Assembly: GCA_965207885.1 (NCBI GenBank)
Contig: OZ242311.1
Location: 2,976,001 to 3,040,000 of the forward strand
DNA length: 64,000 nucleotides
Direction: 5' to 3'
DNA from: Candidatus Latescibacterota bacterium
GTDB lineage: Bacteria; Latescibacterota; UBA2968
Shown: positions 1 through 9,952 of the stretch, in pieces
How the letters are laid out: each line of letters opens with the position of its first letter
How positions within the stretch are numbered: position 1 is the stretch's first letter
The notes under the pieces: generated by a model
Database searches by the model: none
Told to the model about the DNA's origin: nothing
Seen by the model: only the letters and a program-made list of their open reading frames with translations
Position numbers and translations under genes: made by a program

Positions 1-1101
1 GCGGCGCATCCCAAGCTGCCCGCGGGGCGCGTCAATGACTGGCCACAACAGGGCATTTGTTCCACGCCTTATATTCGCGGAGATCGGATGTATTATATCT
101 CGAATCAATGTCGCGTGGTGTGTGCGGATACAGAGGGGTTTTTGGATGGGGAAAATGACGGTCCATATACCGGAGAAGAGGATACGAGCGACATCGGCGT
201 GGATATTATCTGGGAATACGACATGATGGAAGAACTGGATGTGTTCCCCCACAATCTGGCGACCTGTTCGCCCGTGGGGGCGGGCAATCTCCTGTTTGTC
301 ATCACTGCTAATGGTGTTGACGAGGGCCACATCGCCATCCCGTCGCCTCTGTCGCCCAGTTTTATTGCGGTCGATCTCAATACGGGGGAACTGGTATGGG
401 AAAAAGCCTATCCGGGTGAAAGTATCTTGCACGGGCAGTGGTCCAATCCCGCTTATGGTGTTATCAATGGCAAGCCGCAGGTGATTTGCCCCGGAGGCGA
501 TGGTTGGGTTTATTCGGTGGAACCCGAGACCGGGGACTTGATCTGGAAATTTGACTGCAATCCAAAAGACTCTGTGTGGGAGTTGGGTGGGCGCGGTACG
601 CGCAATGCAATTATTTCCACTCCCGTTATTTACGATAACAAGGTTTTTATCGGCGTTGGGCAAGACCCGGAGCACGGCGAGGGCATTGGACACCTGTGGG
701 CTATTGATGCAACGGGTAAAGGCGATGTGACGGGAAGCCATGCGGTGTGGCACTTTGGCAATGAAAATTACAACCGGACTATTTCTTCGGTGGGCATCAG
801 CGATGGCCTGCTCTATGCGGCAGACCTGAGTGGTTTTGTCTATTGTCTCGATCTGAAAACCGGCACACAGCACTGGAAATACGATACATTTGCTGCGATA
901 TGGGGATCGCCTTTTGTCGCGGATGGAAAGGTGTACATTGGGGATGAAGACGGCGATGTGGCGATTTTGAAAGCCGGAACAGAATTTGAACTGATCAACG
1001 AAATCAATATGGGTAGCGCCGTATATACCACGCCTATTGCAAAAGATGGCATGCTCTACATTGGCACGCGCAATACGCTGTATGCGATTAAAGGCGAGTA
1101 G
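1..1101 (+). CDS. PQQ-binding-like (BamB-type) beta-propeller protein, 5'-truncated by window edge
   Basis: Frame is open from base 1 ([24 protein letters not shown]...). Repeated AxDxxTGxxxW propeller motifs ([22 protein letters not shown]) and SP/TP-V-x-DG blades. Confidence 0.85.
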   Translation, partial: AAHPKLPAGRVNDWPQQGICSTPYIRGDRMYYISNQCRVVCADTEGFLDGENDGPYTGEEDTSDIGVDIIWEYDMMEELDVFPHNLATCSPVGAGNLLFVITANGVDEGHIAIPSPLSPSFIAVDLNTGELVWEKAYPGESILHGQWSNPAYGVINGKPQVICPGGDGWVYSVEPETGDLIWKFDCNPKDSVWELGGRGTRNAIISTPVIYDNKVFIGVGQDPEHGEGIGHLWAIDATGKGDVTGSHAVWHFGNENYNRTISSVGISDGLLYAADLSGFVYCLDLKTGTQHWKYDTFAAIWGSPFVADGKVYIGDEDGDVAILKAGTEFELINEINMGSAVYTTPIAKDGMLYIGTRNTLYAIKGE

Positions 1102-1114
1102 GAGAGGTCACAAT

Positions 1115-2203
1115 ATGGAAGTTCTGGCAACACCAGTGGCCGATAAGGTCAAAGAAGCGCGGGACAATCTCGATACCCAGGTGCGAGATATGGTCGCGTG
1201 GCATTTTAATCCCAGTACGGGATGTCCATTCTGGCTGGAATTTGCAGGGGAATTGGATTTTGATCCGCGGCGGGAGATCGGCGGGTACAGCGATTTGAAA
1301 TACCTCGGACATTTCCAGGATGAATGGCTGCGCGGCGGTCCCGTGCGGCGATGGATACCGAGGGGTAGTGAAGGACAGCGGACTTATGTATTTGAGACGG
1401 GTGGCTCAACTGGGGTTCCCAAATATCGGATCAGCCAAAATGATTTTCAGATCGACTACGAAATGTTTAGCGAGCACCTCTCAGAAGAAACATTTCCGAA
1501 GGGGGCGGACTGGTTAATGCTGGGACCAACAGGTCCACGGCGATTGCGTCTGGCTGTGGAATATCTCTGTCAGATTCGCGGTGGGATTTGCTTTCTCGTG
1601 GATCTTGATCCCCGATGGGTCAACAAGCTGATCAAGCGCGGGGCACTCCAGGAATTGGAACTCTACAAAGCCCATGTGATTGATCAGGCACTCACGATTC
1701 TGCGCGCCAATGACAATGTGAAATGCATGTTCACGACCCCCAAGCTTCTCGAAGAATTATGCGAAAAAATTTCTCTGCAAAAAGCCGGGATTAGCGGCAT
1801 TTTCTGCGGGGGAACAGAGATGAACGCACAATTCAATCGCTTTGCGAGAGAAGAGCTTATCCCGGGTATCGATTTTGTTCCTACCTACGGCAATACCCTG
1901 ATGGGGCTGGCTTATTCCAAGCCTCTGGAACCCGGAGATAACTACGCGATTACGTATTATCCTCCCGTGCCCCGCGCGTTTATCGAACTGGTGAATCCAG
2001 ATAATCCCGATGAAGTGGTCGATTACGACGAAGTCGGGCGCGTGATGCTGACGACGCTTACAAAAGAATTTTTTATGCCCCGCTTTCTCGAACGCGATGA
2101 GGCCGAACGCGCCAAACCGATTGAAGCCTATCCCTGGGATGGCGTGAGAAATCTGGGTCTGCTCTCCGAGTTGCAGGAATCAGTCGTCGTCGGGGTGTAT
2201 TAG
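1115..2203 (+). CDS. EhpF/GriC-like (ANL/LuxE-related) carboxylate adenylating enzyme
   Basis: N-terminal WHFNPSTGCPFWL, P-loop ETGGSTGVPK, TYGNTLMG. GGAGAGG RBS before ATG 1115. Confidence 0.75.
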   Translation: MEVLATPVADKVKEARDNLDTQVRDMVAWHFNPSTGCPFWLEFAGELDFDPRREIGGYSDLKYLGHFQDEWLRGGPVRRWIPRGSEGQRTYVFETGGSTGVPKYRISQNDFQIDYEMFSEHLSEETFPKGADWLMLGPTGPRRLRLAVEYLCQIRGGICFLVDLDPRWVNKLIKRGALQELELYKAHVIDQALTILRANDNVKCMFTTPKLLEELCEKISLQKAGISGIFCGGTEMNAQFNRFAREELIPGIDFVPTYGNTLMGLAYSKPLEPGDNYAITYYPPVPRAFIELVNPDNPDEVVDYDEVGRVMLTTLTKEFFMPRFLERDEAERAKPIEAYPWDGVRNLGLLSELQESVVVGVY

Positions 2204-2299
2204 GTAGCGTTTAAAGAATGGGTAATTGACATAGAGAGAACTTGTTATGCAAGCTGCACACGTATGCAAGATCTGATATGCATACAAGGAGGTAACGAT

Positions 2300-4237
2300 A
2301 TGCGATCTATAATCGCACAAATTCTGGTTGTTGGTCTGCTATTTTACGCGGCCCCACTTCTGGCGCAGGAATGGGGGGATGTGTCTGAAGAGATTCTGGG
2401 CATGACCGGCATTCCCGAAGACTCTGAGGCCGATGCCGTTATTCTGTTCGATAAAGGTACTATCGCTATTACACTGCGATTCCAGCTTGTGATTCAGCGA
2501 CACACCCGAATTAAAATTCTCACCGAACGCGGCCTGAAATACGGCGATGTGTCCATCTATCTCGGCTCTGATGACGAGATAGATGAATTGCGGGCACAGA
2601 CTATTTTGCCCAATGGCAAAAAGGTTACGCTTTCAAAAAAAGACATTTTTACAAAAAAGCGCAGAAGTGGTTCTGAAAAGGTGTTCGCCATACCCGGTGT
2701 GGAGGTGGGGGCTGTTATTGAATACGCCTATGAAATTACCAGTAGACGACTGACATTTCTCGCCCCCTGGCAGTTCCAGCATGGCGTATTTACAAAGCTG
2801 AGTGAGTTGATCTTGATTATTCCAGAAGGTTTCGATTATCGGGCCTTTGCCAGCAATGCCTACGTTCCCGATCCACAGAGAGAGTCTTTTCAAATTGCCG
2901 ATCCTCAAATGGGTACCTCTTTTGTCGGCAGATTTGTATGGCGTGCAGAAAATTTACCAGCTCTTAAACGGGAACCTTATATTACGACGCTCAAAGATTA
3001 TTGGGCCACGTTATTTTTTCAGATTGTCTCTTATCGAAATCCAAAAGATACAATGGCCGATCCTGTCATATTCATTAAAACCTGGGACGACCTTGCGGAA
3101 ACCTTACAAAAGAGTTACAATCCACTCCTCAGAAGAAACAGGACCTTAGAAAGACGGACACTCGCTCTTGCACCCGAGACGCAGGATGACCGCACCCGGG
3201 CAGAGGCTATTTACAGCTATGTGAGAGACTCGATTGAAACATCTGCGTCGAGTGGAAGTCGCAAAAAACCCAACGATGTACTAAAAAGAAAAAAGGGCAG
3301 TTCGTCCGAGAAAAACATGTTGTTAATCGCGATGCTGAAAGCTGCTGGTTTCGAAGCCAGTCCGCTGCGTATTTCCACCCGCATCAATGGGCGTTTGCAA
3401 GAGAACTGGCCTCAATTGCAGCAATTCAACTACACGATTGCACACCTGTCCATAGACGATGACGTTTATTTTTTAGATACAAATGACAGTCAATGTCCAT
3501 TTGTACTGCTACCACCCAGATTCTTGTCTGGAAAAGGGTTTTTGATTGCGGAGGAAGAAGGCAAAATTGTCGAAATTCCCATACCGAAAGATGCGAGCAC
3601 AAGTAGAGCAAATACTCAGGCGAAGCTGACCGAAAACGGCGATCTCCTGTGCCAAACAACACTGCAATTTGAAGGGTATCGCGGGATTTCAGAACGAAAG
3701 GATCTGGACGAAGAGAAACCGGGGAAATACGTCAAAGATATTCTGGAAAACCGTTTTGGAGATGTGGTGATCGATACATTTCAGGTCGCCCAGGACAAAA
3801 ATGTCGATATGCCTTTGGAAGTTAAGATCGACTATCGGGTTCAAAATTACGCCCAGGTGGCTGGCGATATGGTCTATTGTCCATCGAGTTTGATCCATCG
3901 ACGTCAGTCCAATCCCTTCAAGAACGAAAAAAGGCTTTTTCCCGTCGAGTTCAATTACGGCTTTGCATCTGAAGAAATAGTAGATCTGACTCTACCGGAG
4001 GGGTTCGAGGTTGTCGAAATACCCGAAGTACAAAAGGTTACATCCCTCGGGGTCAGGTTTCAGTCTGATTGTCAGGCAGACAGCAATAGCGTGCGTGTCC
4101 AGCGGACGTTTTCTGTGAACCGCGTTTATTACACACCGGCGCAATATTCCCGGCTGCGAAACGCGTATGCAAAGATTGTGAGTGCCGATCAAGGACAGAT
4201 TGTCTTGCGTCGAAGGCCATTGGAAGCCGAAGAATAA
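2300..4237 (+). CDS. DUF3857/transglutaminase-like secreted protein, catalytic Cys absent
   Basis: Signal peptide, RIKILTERG and GAVIEYAYE motifs. KGSSSEKNMLL stands where the GDCKD motif is expected. AGGAGG RBS. Confidence 0.8.
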   Translation: MRSIIAQILVVGLLFYAAPLLAQEWGDVSEEILGMTGIPEDSEADAVILFDKGTIAITLRFQLVIQRHTRIKILTERGLKYGDVSIYLGSDDEIDELRAQTILPNGKKVTLSKKDIFTKKRRSGSEKVFAIPGVEVGAVIEYAYEITSRRLTFLAPWQFQHGVFTKLSELILIIPEGFDYRAFASNAYVPDPQRESFQIADPQMGTSFVGRFVWRAENLPALKREPYITTLKDYWATLFFQIVSYRNPKDTMADPVIFIKTWDDLAETLQKSYNPLLRRNRTLERRTLALAPETQDDRTRAEAIYSYVRDSIETSASSGSRKKPNDVLKRKKGSSSEKNMLLIAMLKAAGFEASPLRISTRINGRLQENWPQLQQFNYTIAHLSIDDDVYFLDTNDSQCPFVLLPPRFLSGKGFLIAEEEGKIVEIPIPKDASTSRANTQAKLTENGDLLCQTTLQFEGYRGISERKDLDEEKPGKYVKDILENRFGDVVIDTFQVAQDKNVDMPLEVKIDYRVQNYAQVAGDMVYCPSSLIHRRQSNPFKNEKRLFPVEFNYGFASEEIVDLTLPEGFEVVEIPEVQKVTSLGVRFQSDCQADSNSVRVQRTFSVNRVYYTPAQYSRLRNAYAKIVSADQGQIVLRRRPLEAEE

Positions 4238-4252
4238 GATGAGGGTGGAGAG

Positions 4253-6142
4253 ATGAGAACCATATCTTTCATAAGGTCGGCACTTGTGGTCTTGCTAATT
4301 GCAGCCCATGTGCAGGCAGATGCGGACTGCGTTGGGGAGGATGTTGATGCGGTTGTTGTGCTGGATGAGAACGAATTTGTCATACGAGGCAAAAACAAGG
4401 CGACATATCGCAAACATCGGATTGTCAAAATTAACACCGAAGCAGGACGGAAATACGGACAGGTGGTAATTGGCGAAAATAAATACGTCAAGTGTACCCA
4501 TATCTCTGGAAAAATTTTGGATGCAGAGGGCAATCTGATTCGCAAATTGGGCAAAGGCGATGTTCGGAAAAACCCGTACTTTCCCGAGTACATCCTGTAT
4601 CAGGATACCAAATACCAGGCATTTGAACTGAAGGCCAGCACGTTTCCATATACAGTGGAATATACCTATGAACAGGAATACGAAAGCCTGTTCTTCTGGC
4701 CTTCGTGGTCTCCACAGGCGGATGTTCCCGTTCTGCAGTCAACCTATACTGTTGTGGGGCATGACAAAATTGATTATCGAACCCATGCCGTTGGGTTGAT
4801 AGAACCACCTGTAATGGAAAAGGCGTCTAAACGCAAGTGGCAGTTGACACATATTAAACCCAGAGCCAGCGAGCGGTCTATGCCTCCTGAAGACAGAATT
4901 CAGATGAGGCTCTTTTTTGCGCCTGTTGCCTTCAAAATTGGGAAGTCTCCAGGATCGTTCGCCTCATGGGATGCTGTGGCAAAATGGTACGGGATGCTGG
5001 CTGATGGTCGGTATGACCTGCCACAGGCTGCCGTAGAGAAAGTGCGGACATTGGTATCTGAAGCGAGCAGTGACCGGCAGAAAGTGGAGATTCTCTATCG
5101 CTATCTCCAGGATCACACGCGATATGTGGCTATTGAACTGGGCATTGGGGCGTGGCAACCGTATTCGGCAGAATGGGTTTTTAAGAATAAGTATGGCGAC
5201 TGCAAGGATCTATCTACATTCATGGTTGCGATGCTCAAAGCCTGTGGTATCTCAGCGTATCCAACCTTGATTGGCACGCGCGACCGCGGCATGTTGATTC
5301 GGGAATTTCCTTCCAATCAGTTCAATCACTGTATCACATTTGTCCCCTTGCAACGCGATACGCTCTGGTTGGAATGCACAGCCGACCTTATAGCTGCGGG
5401 GGAGTTGCCATCCGCAGATGAGGGATGCGATGTGCTCGTGGTTAAGGAGAACGCCGGAGAAATCGTTCGGACGCCGCAGAGTAAGAGTGGGGATAACTGC
5501 CAGATTAGCACTATAAAAGGCCATCTCACAGCATCAGGTAAACTTACTTTTTCGGGGCAGCTATCGGGCACAGGTAATATTGCAACGCGATTGAGACACA
5601 GTCTGCGGGATAACAAGGGAGAAGACCGCAAGCGTTATTTAGGCGGAAGATTGGGCAGGTATTTACCCGTGTTGGATCTGGCTACTTATGAGATTGATCA
5701 TCTGCTCCAGAACTTTGACCAACCACTTGAGGTACGCGTTAGCGGTACGTCCGGAAAATTTGGTGCTCGAAGCGCGAAGAGACTATTTGTGAATCCCAAC
5801 ATAGTGAACCGCGCCAGGCCGGGAAGTGTGCCGAGAGCGAAAAAACGGCAATTCTCTGTGTACCATTCCTATCCATATACGTACATTGATTCCCTATCTA
5901 TTGATATACCAAAAGGTTATGTGCTGGAAACTGCGCCTGAGCCAGTGGAAATTACAACGCCATTCGGCTTTTTCAAAACCACCAGTCATTTTTCGGGTGG
6001 CGCATTGCGCTATACCCGAATATTCAGGCTGGATGAAAAACAAATACCGCGGTCAGATTATGAGACCTATGTGTCTTTTATGAAGAATATTGTGAAAAAC
6101 GATCAAATCCCTTATGTTTTTGTGGCTGAGGCAAGTAGATGA
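4253..6142 (+). CDS. DUF3857/transglutaminase-like secreted protein, catalytic Cys present
   Basis: Signal peptide, RYVAIELGIGAWQP, YGDCKDLS, FNHCI, WLECT. Confidence 0.85.
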   Translation: MRTISFIRSALVVLLIAAHVQADADCVGEDVDAVVVLDENEFVIRGKNKATYRKHRIVKINTEAGRKYGQVVIGENKYVKCTHISGKILDAEGNLIRKLGKGDVRKNPYFPEYILYQDTKYQAFELKASTFPYTVEYTYEQEYESLFFWPSWSPQADVPVLQSTYTVVGHDKIDYRTHAVGLIEPPVMEKASKRKWQLTHIKPRASERSMPPEDRIQMRLFFAPVAFKIGKSPGSFASWDAVAKWYGMLADGRYDLPQAAVEKVRTLVSEASSDRQKVEILYRYLQDHTRYVAIELGIGAWQPYSAEWVFKNKYGDCKDLSTFMVAMLKACGISAYPTLIGTRDRGMLIREFPSNQFNHCITFVPLQRDTLWLECTADLIAAGELPSADEGCDVLVVKENAGEIVRTPQSKSGDNCQISTIKGHLTASGKLTFSGQLSGTGNIATRLRHSLRDNKGEDRKRYLGGRLGRYLPVLDLATYEIDHLLQNFDQPLEVRVSGTSGKFGARSAKRLFVNPNIVNRARPGSVPRAKKRQFSVYHSYPYTYIDSLSIDIPKGYVLETAPEPVEITTPFGFFKTTSHFSGGALRYTRIFRLDEKQIPRSDYETYVSFMKNIVKNDQIPYVFVAEASR

Positions 6143-6218
6143 ATGTCGTGAGTATTTTAGAGTCAATGTGAAAATACTCACGTTAAATGGACTGGTGGTT
6201 TCTGTCGTGTCATTGCGC

Positions 6219-6247
6219 TTGCTTTTATTGGGGCGAAAAGCTACTTT
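6219..6247 (+). promoter_or_regulatory. Candidate sigma70 promoter for the downstream operon
   Basis: TTGCTT-17 bp-TACTTT in an AT-rich intergenic region. Confidence 0.35.
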
Positions 6248-6301
6248 TTTGGTGAATTTTCGTATGTTACAACGCAGATTCATACTTTAACGAGACAACT
6301 T

Positions 6302-7726
6302 ATGACTCATTTACCCATTTTACGCGCGGGGGAACCGTACACGAGTTTGAGCGTTCAGGAAGTGTCGCATATTCAAACTGGCGAGCCGCTCGTTCAGGTC
6401 AGTCAGGCAAATCGGGGGCTGGTCGCGAAAGACTTAAATGGGGCGGCGGCGAACAAACAGGTGCTCGACAGGCTGAGTGTATCCGAACTCGTGGGCATAA
6501 CCCGCGAAGCTGCGCGCTTATTTGCAGAAGCTGATTTGCCAATTGGTGACCATATCCAGACGCCCGATGATTATATCAAACAGGTGTCTGGCACTACGGG
6601 TATGCCCGAAGCTCTCTGCCGTGCGAATATGGAGAAGATTCAACTCGTGTGTACGGAGATCGAAGCTATTTTAGGGGGTCTCACGCGCGGGTTAGATCTC
6701 GCTGTACTCGATGAGGGCTGGTACGATCAGGATGGCCGCTCTCTCAGCTACATTTGTCAGGCCGATGCCCTCGGGGCTATATTGCCGAGCAATTCACCAG
6801 GGGTACACGCGCTGTGGGTTCCATCTATACCGCTTAAAGTACCCCTTGTTCTAAAACCCGGACGCGAAGAGCCATGGACGCCTTTTCGAATTGCACAGGC
6901 GTTTATCGAAGCGGGGTGCCCGCCAGAAGCATTTGGGTTTTATCCGACGGATCACGGTGGTGCCACTGAAATTTTGCTTCGCTGTGGTCGCTCCATGCTC
7001 TTTGGAGGCGGGGCGACGGTCGCGCCCTGGCTGGGCGATCCCCGCGTGGAAATTCACGGGCCTGGGCAGAGTAAGGTTATTATTGGCGAAGATGTGATAG
7101 ACCGCTGGGAAGACTATCTCGACATCGCGGTTGCTTCGATTGCTGCGAATGGTGGTCGCTCCTGTATCAATGCATCGGGTGTGTGGGTTCCCGCGTATGG
7201 TCGAGAGATTGCCGAAGCACTCGCAGAGCGAGTGGCAAAAATCGTCGGGAGACCTCTGGATGATCCAGATGCGCAGATCGCGGCATTTACCAACCCCACA
7301 TTCGCCGATCAAATTTCGACGACTATAGACATCCATCTGAAAACCTCAGGAGCTGAAGATCTGACCGAAAAATTGCGCGGTGATCGGCTGGTCGAGATCG
7401 ATGGATTGAAATTTTTAAATCCCACGGTTGTATGGTGTGATGATTTTGAACATCCTCTTGCAAATACCGAATATTTGTTCCCTTATGCGAGCGTGGTCGA
7501 AGTTCCGCAGTCAGAAATTCTGGGCAAGATTGGACCGAGTCTCGTGGTGACAGCAATAACAGAAGACCGTGTATTTATCGACAAATTGCTCAATTCGCCC
7601 CATGTAGAAAGACTCAATGTGGGTGCGATTCCCACGCCTCAGATTTCATGGGATCAACCACACGAGGGCAATTTGTTCGAACATCTGTACCGTCAGCGCG
7701 CGCTGCAATGGGCTAAACAGGCTTAG
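6302..7726 (+). CDS. ALDH-fold protein, EhpG/GriD-like carboxylate reductase component
   Basis: ILPSNSP, VLKP and catalytic Cys in GGRSCINAS. IHGPGQSK replaces the LELGGK general-base motif. Confidence 0.75.
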   Translation: MTHLPILRAGEPYTSLSVQEVSHIQTGEPLVQVSQANRGLVAKDLNGAAANKQVLDRLSVSELVGITREAARLFAEADLPIGDHIQTPDDYIKQVSGTTGMPEALCRANMEKIQLVCTEIEAILGGLTRGLDLAVLDEGWYDQDGRSLSYICQADALGAILPSNSPGVHALWVPSIPLKVPLVLKPGREEPWTPFRIAQAFIEAGCPPEAFGFYPTDHGGATEILLRCGRSMLFGGGATVAPWLGDPRVEIHGPGQSKVIIGEDVIDRWEDYLDIAVASIAANGGRSCINASGVWVPAYGREIAEALAERVAKIVGRPLDDPDAQIAAFTNPTFADQISTTIDIHLKTSGAEDLTEKLRGDRLVEIDGLKFLNPTVVWCDDFEHPLANTEYLFPYASVVEVPQSEILGKIGPSLVVTAITEDRVFIDKLLNSPHVERLNVGAIPTPQISWDQPHEGNLFEHLYRQRALQWAKQA

Positions 7727-7729
7727 GAG

Positions 7730-8845
7730 ATGAAAGCATTTGATTTTTATCCCACTGCGCGCGTGGTGTTTGGGGAGGGCACACTCGCGCAATTGGGGAA
7801 ATTATCAAAAGAGTTGGGCGGTAGCCGTATTCTTTTTGTGACCGATCCAGGGATTGTAAGTGCCGGGCTTGCAGACCGTGCGATTGCGGTGCTTCAACGC
7901 GCTTCCCTGGATTTTTTTGTGTTTGATAGAGTGGGCGAAAATCCCACGACCGCGCATATAGAGGCCGGTGTCGCGTTTGCAAAAGCGCGTGAAAATATTG
8001 ATCTGATTGTCGGGATGGGCGGGGGTAGCGCGATGGATTGCGCCAAGGGGATCAATTTTATCCTGACCAACGGCGGACAGATGGCAGATTATTGGGGTAT
8101 GGGCCATGCGGCAAAACCCATGTTGCCCTCTATCGGGATTCCAACGACTGCGGGTACTGGAAGCGAAGCGCAGTCCTACGCGCTTATTTCCGATGCAAAA
8201 ACGCATGCCAAGATGGCCTGTGGCGACCTAAAAGCGCGATTTCGAAGTGTTATTCTCGATCCGTCACTGGTTGAAAGTGCGCCGAAAGATGTCGCAGCAG
8301 CAGCGGGTATAGATGCCATCGCCCATGCCATTGAAAGTTATGTTTGTACGAGTCGTAATGTCATTTCTATGATGTTCGCACAAAAGGCGTGGCAGTTGCT
8401 TTCATCGAGTTTTGAAAGCGTGCTGAGGGATGCTTCCGATAGCGAAGCGAGAAGTAAAATGCTTTTGGGCGCGCACCTTGCCGGCGCGGCTATTGAGAAT
8501 GCTATGCTGGGTGCAGCCCATGCGTGTGCCAATCCATTGACCGCGCATTTTGGTATTACACATGGCGTTGCTGTGGCACTTATGCTGCCCGCTGTCGTCC
8601 AATTTAATGGAGAAACCGCAGGCACGCGCTATCGTGGACTCGGATCCGATGTTGATGAACTCGTCGAGCAGATCGCTTTTTTGAAAGAATGTGCGAATCT
8701 GCCTTCTCGATTGCGCGATCTCGGTGTATCGCGTGACAGCCTCCCCATGCTGGCAAAAGATGCCACTGAACAATGGACAGGTACTTTTAATCCGAGGCCC
8801 GTGGATGAAGATAATTTTCTCGCGCTTTACGAATCTGTGTATTGA
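7730..8845 (+). CDS. Iron-containing alcohol dehydrogenase
   Basis: GGGSAMDCAK, IPTTAGTGSE, DAIAHAIES, AHA...THG metal ligands. Confidence 0.9.
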   Translation: MKAFDFYPTARVVFGEGTLAQLGKLSKELGGSRILFVTDPGIVSAGLADRAIAVLQRASLDFFVFDRVGENPTTAHIEAGVAFAKARENIDLIVGMGGGSAMDCAKGINFILTNGGQMADYWGMGHAAKPMLPSIGIPTTAGTGSEAQSYALISDAKTHAKMACGDLKARFRSVILDPSLVESAPKDVAAAAGIDAIAHAIESYVCTSRNVISMMFAQKAWQLLSSSFESVLRDASDSEARSKMLLGAHLAGAAIENAMLGAAHACANPLTAHFGITHGVAVALMLPAVVQFNGETAGTRYRGLGSDVDELVEQIAFLKECANLPSRLRDLGVSRDSLPMLAKDATEQWTGTFNPRPVDEDNFLALYESVY

Positions 8846-8851
8846 TACGCA

Positions 8852-9952
8852 ATGAGAGTGCTTCTTTTTTTTCTTATCTTTTATTTATTTTTAATTCCCG
8901 TCCATGCAGAAGAATGGAGCCGATTCCGCGGGGATGCACAATCTACGGGTGTTGCAAATAGTAGCTTGCCCGCTGAGCTGGATGTGTTGTGGACGACACA
9001 GATCGAAATAGGGATTGAATCCACCGCCGCAATTTGGCAAGACGCGGTGTATGTGGGCGGGTTGGACGAAAAGCTGTACGCTTTTGATTTTGATAGTGGT
9101 GCGATCAAGTGGACGTATTCGGCTACGGGTGAGATCAAATCGTCGCCATTGGTTTTTGAAAAAACCGTATTTTTCGGGGATGGCAATGGCGTTTTTCACG
9201 CTGTTGATGCACAGACAGGTAACGCACTTTGGACGTTTCAAACGGATGGGGAGATTATCTCGTCGGCAAATGCGACCGGGGGCAGCGTCCTGTTTGGGTC
9301 TTATGATCAGTTCTTATACTGCCTCGCGCCGGACGACGGGTCTTTACTGTGGAAAATAGAAACGGATGGTTATGTTCACGGTATGCCGGCTATCGCACAA
9401 ACGCATACGCTGATCGCGGGGTGTGATGGTCTCTTGCGCGTTATCGATATTGCCAGTGGAAAAGAACAATCGCAAATTGAACTCGGTGCTTATGTGGGGG
9501 CCAGTGCCGCCGTTCATCAGACGCGCGCTTATGTGGGGACTTATGAGAGCCAGGTTTTGTGCATTGATTTAAATGCAAAAGAGATTGTCTGGAGATACGA
9601 ACACCCGCAGCGGAAATTTCCCTATTTCGCATCGCCATCTACGACTCCTGAACGGGTTATTGTTGCGGGGCGCGACAAGATGGTTCACGCGCTTGATCCC
9701 GATACGGGGGATATTTTGTGGACCTACACATCCCGCTCTCGATTTGAAGCGTCTCCCGTTGTGGTGGGAGATCGCGTTTTTGCAGGTACAATGGATGGAA
9801 AAATTGTGGCGTTAAATCTCGAGACTGGAGAATCCGATTGGGAATTTGTAACCGGATCGGGATTTATTGCTTCGCCCAGTGTGGCGCGCAAGCGGCTGAT
9901 TATTGGCACAACAGATGGGACGTTATATTGTTTTGGAAAGGCGGAAGAATGA
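8852..9952 (+). CDS. PQQ-binding-like beta-propeller protein, secreted
   Basis: Signal peptide, WSRFRGD and eight Trp-docking repeats. Confidence 0.85.
   Translation: MRVLLFFLIFYLFLIPVHAEEWSRFRGDAQSTGVANSSLPAELDVLWTTQIEIGIESTAAIWQDAVYVGGLDEKLYAFDFDSGAIKWTYSATGEIKSSPLVFEKTVFFGDGNGVFHAVDAQTGNALWTFQTDGEIISSANATGGSVLFGSYDQFLYCLAPDDGSLLWKIETDGYVHGMPAIAQTHTLIAGCDGLLRVIDIASGKEQSQIELGAYVGASAAVHQTRAYVGTYESQVLCIDLNAKEIVWRYEHPQRKFPYFASPSTTPERVIVAGRDKMVHALDPDTGDILWTYTSRSRFEASPVVVGDRVFAGTMDGKIVALNLETGESDWEFVTGSGFIASPSVARKRLIIGTTDGTLYCFGKAEE

Noticed and set aside
2246-2282. Three TATGCA hexamers upstream of the DUF3857 pair
   Set aside because: Short with irregular spacing (17 and 14 bp), so compatible with chance.
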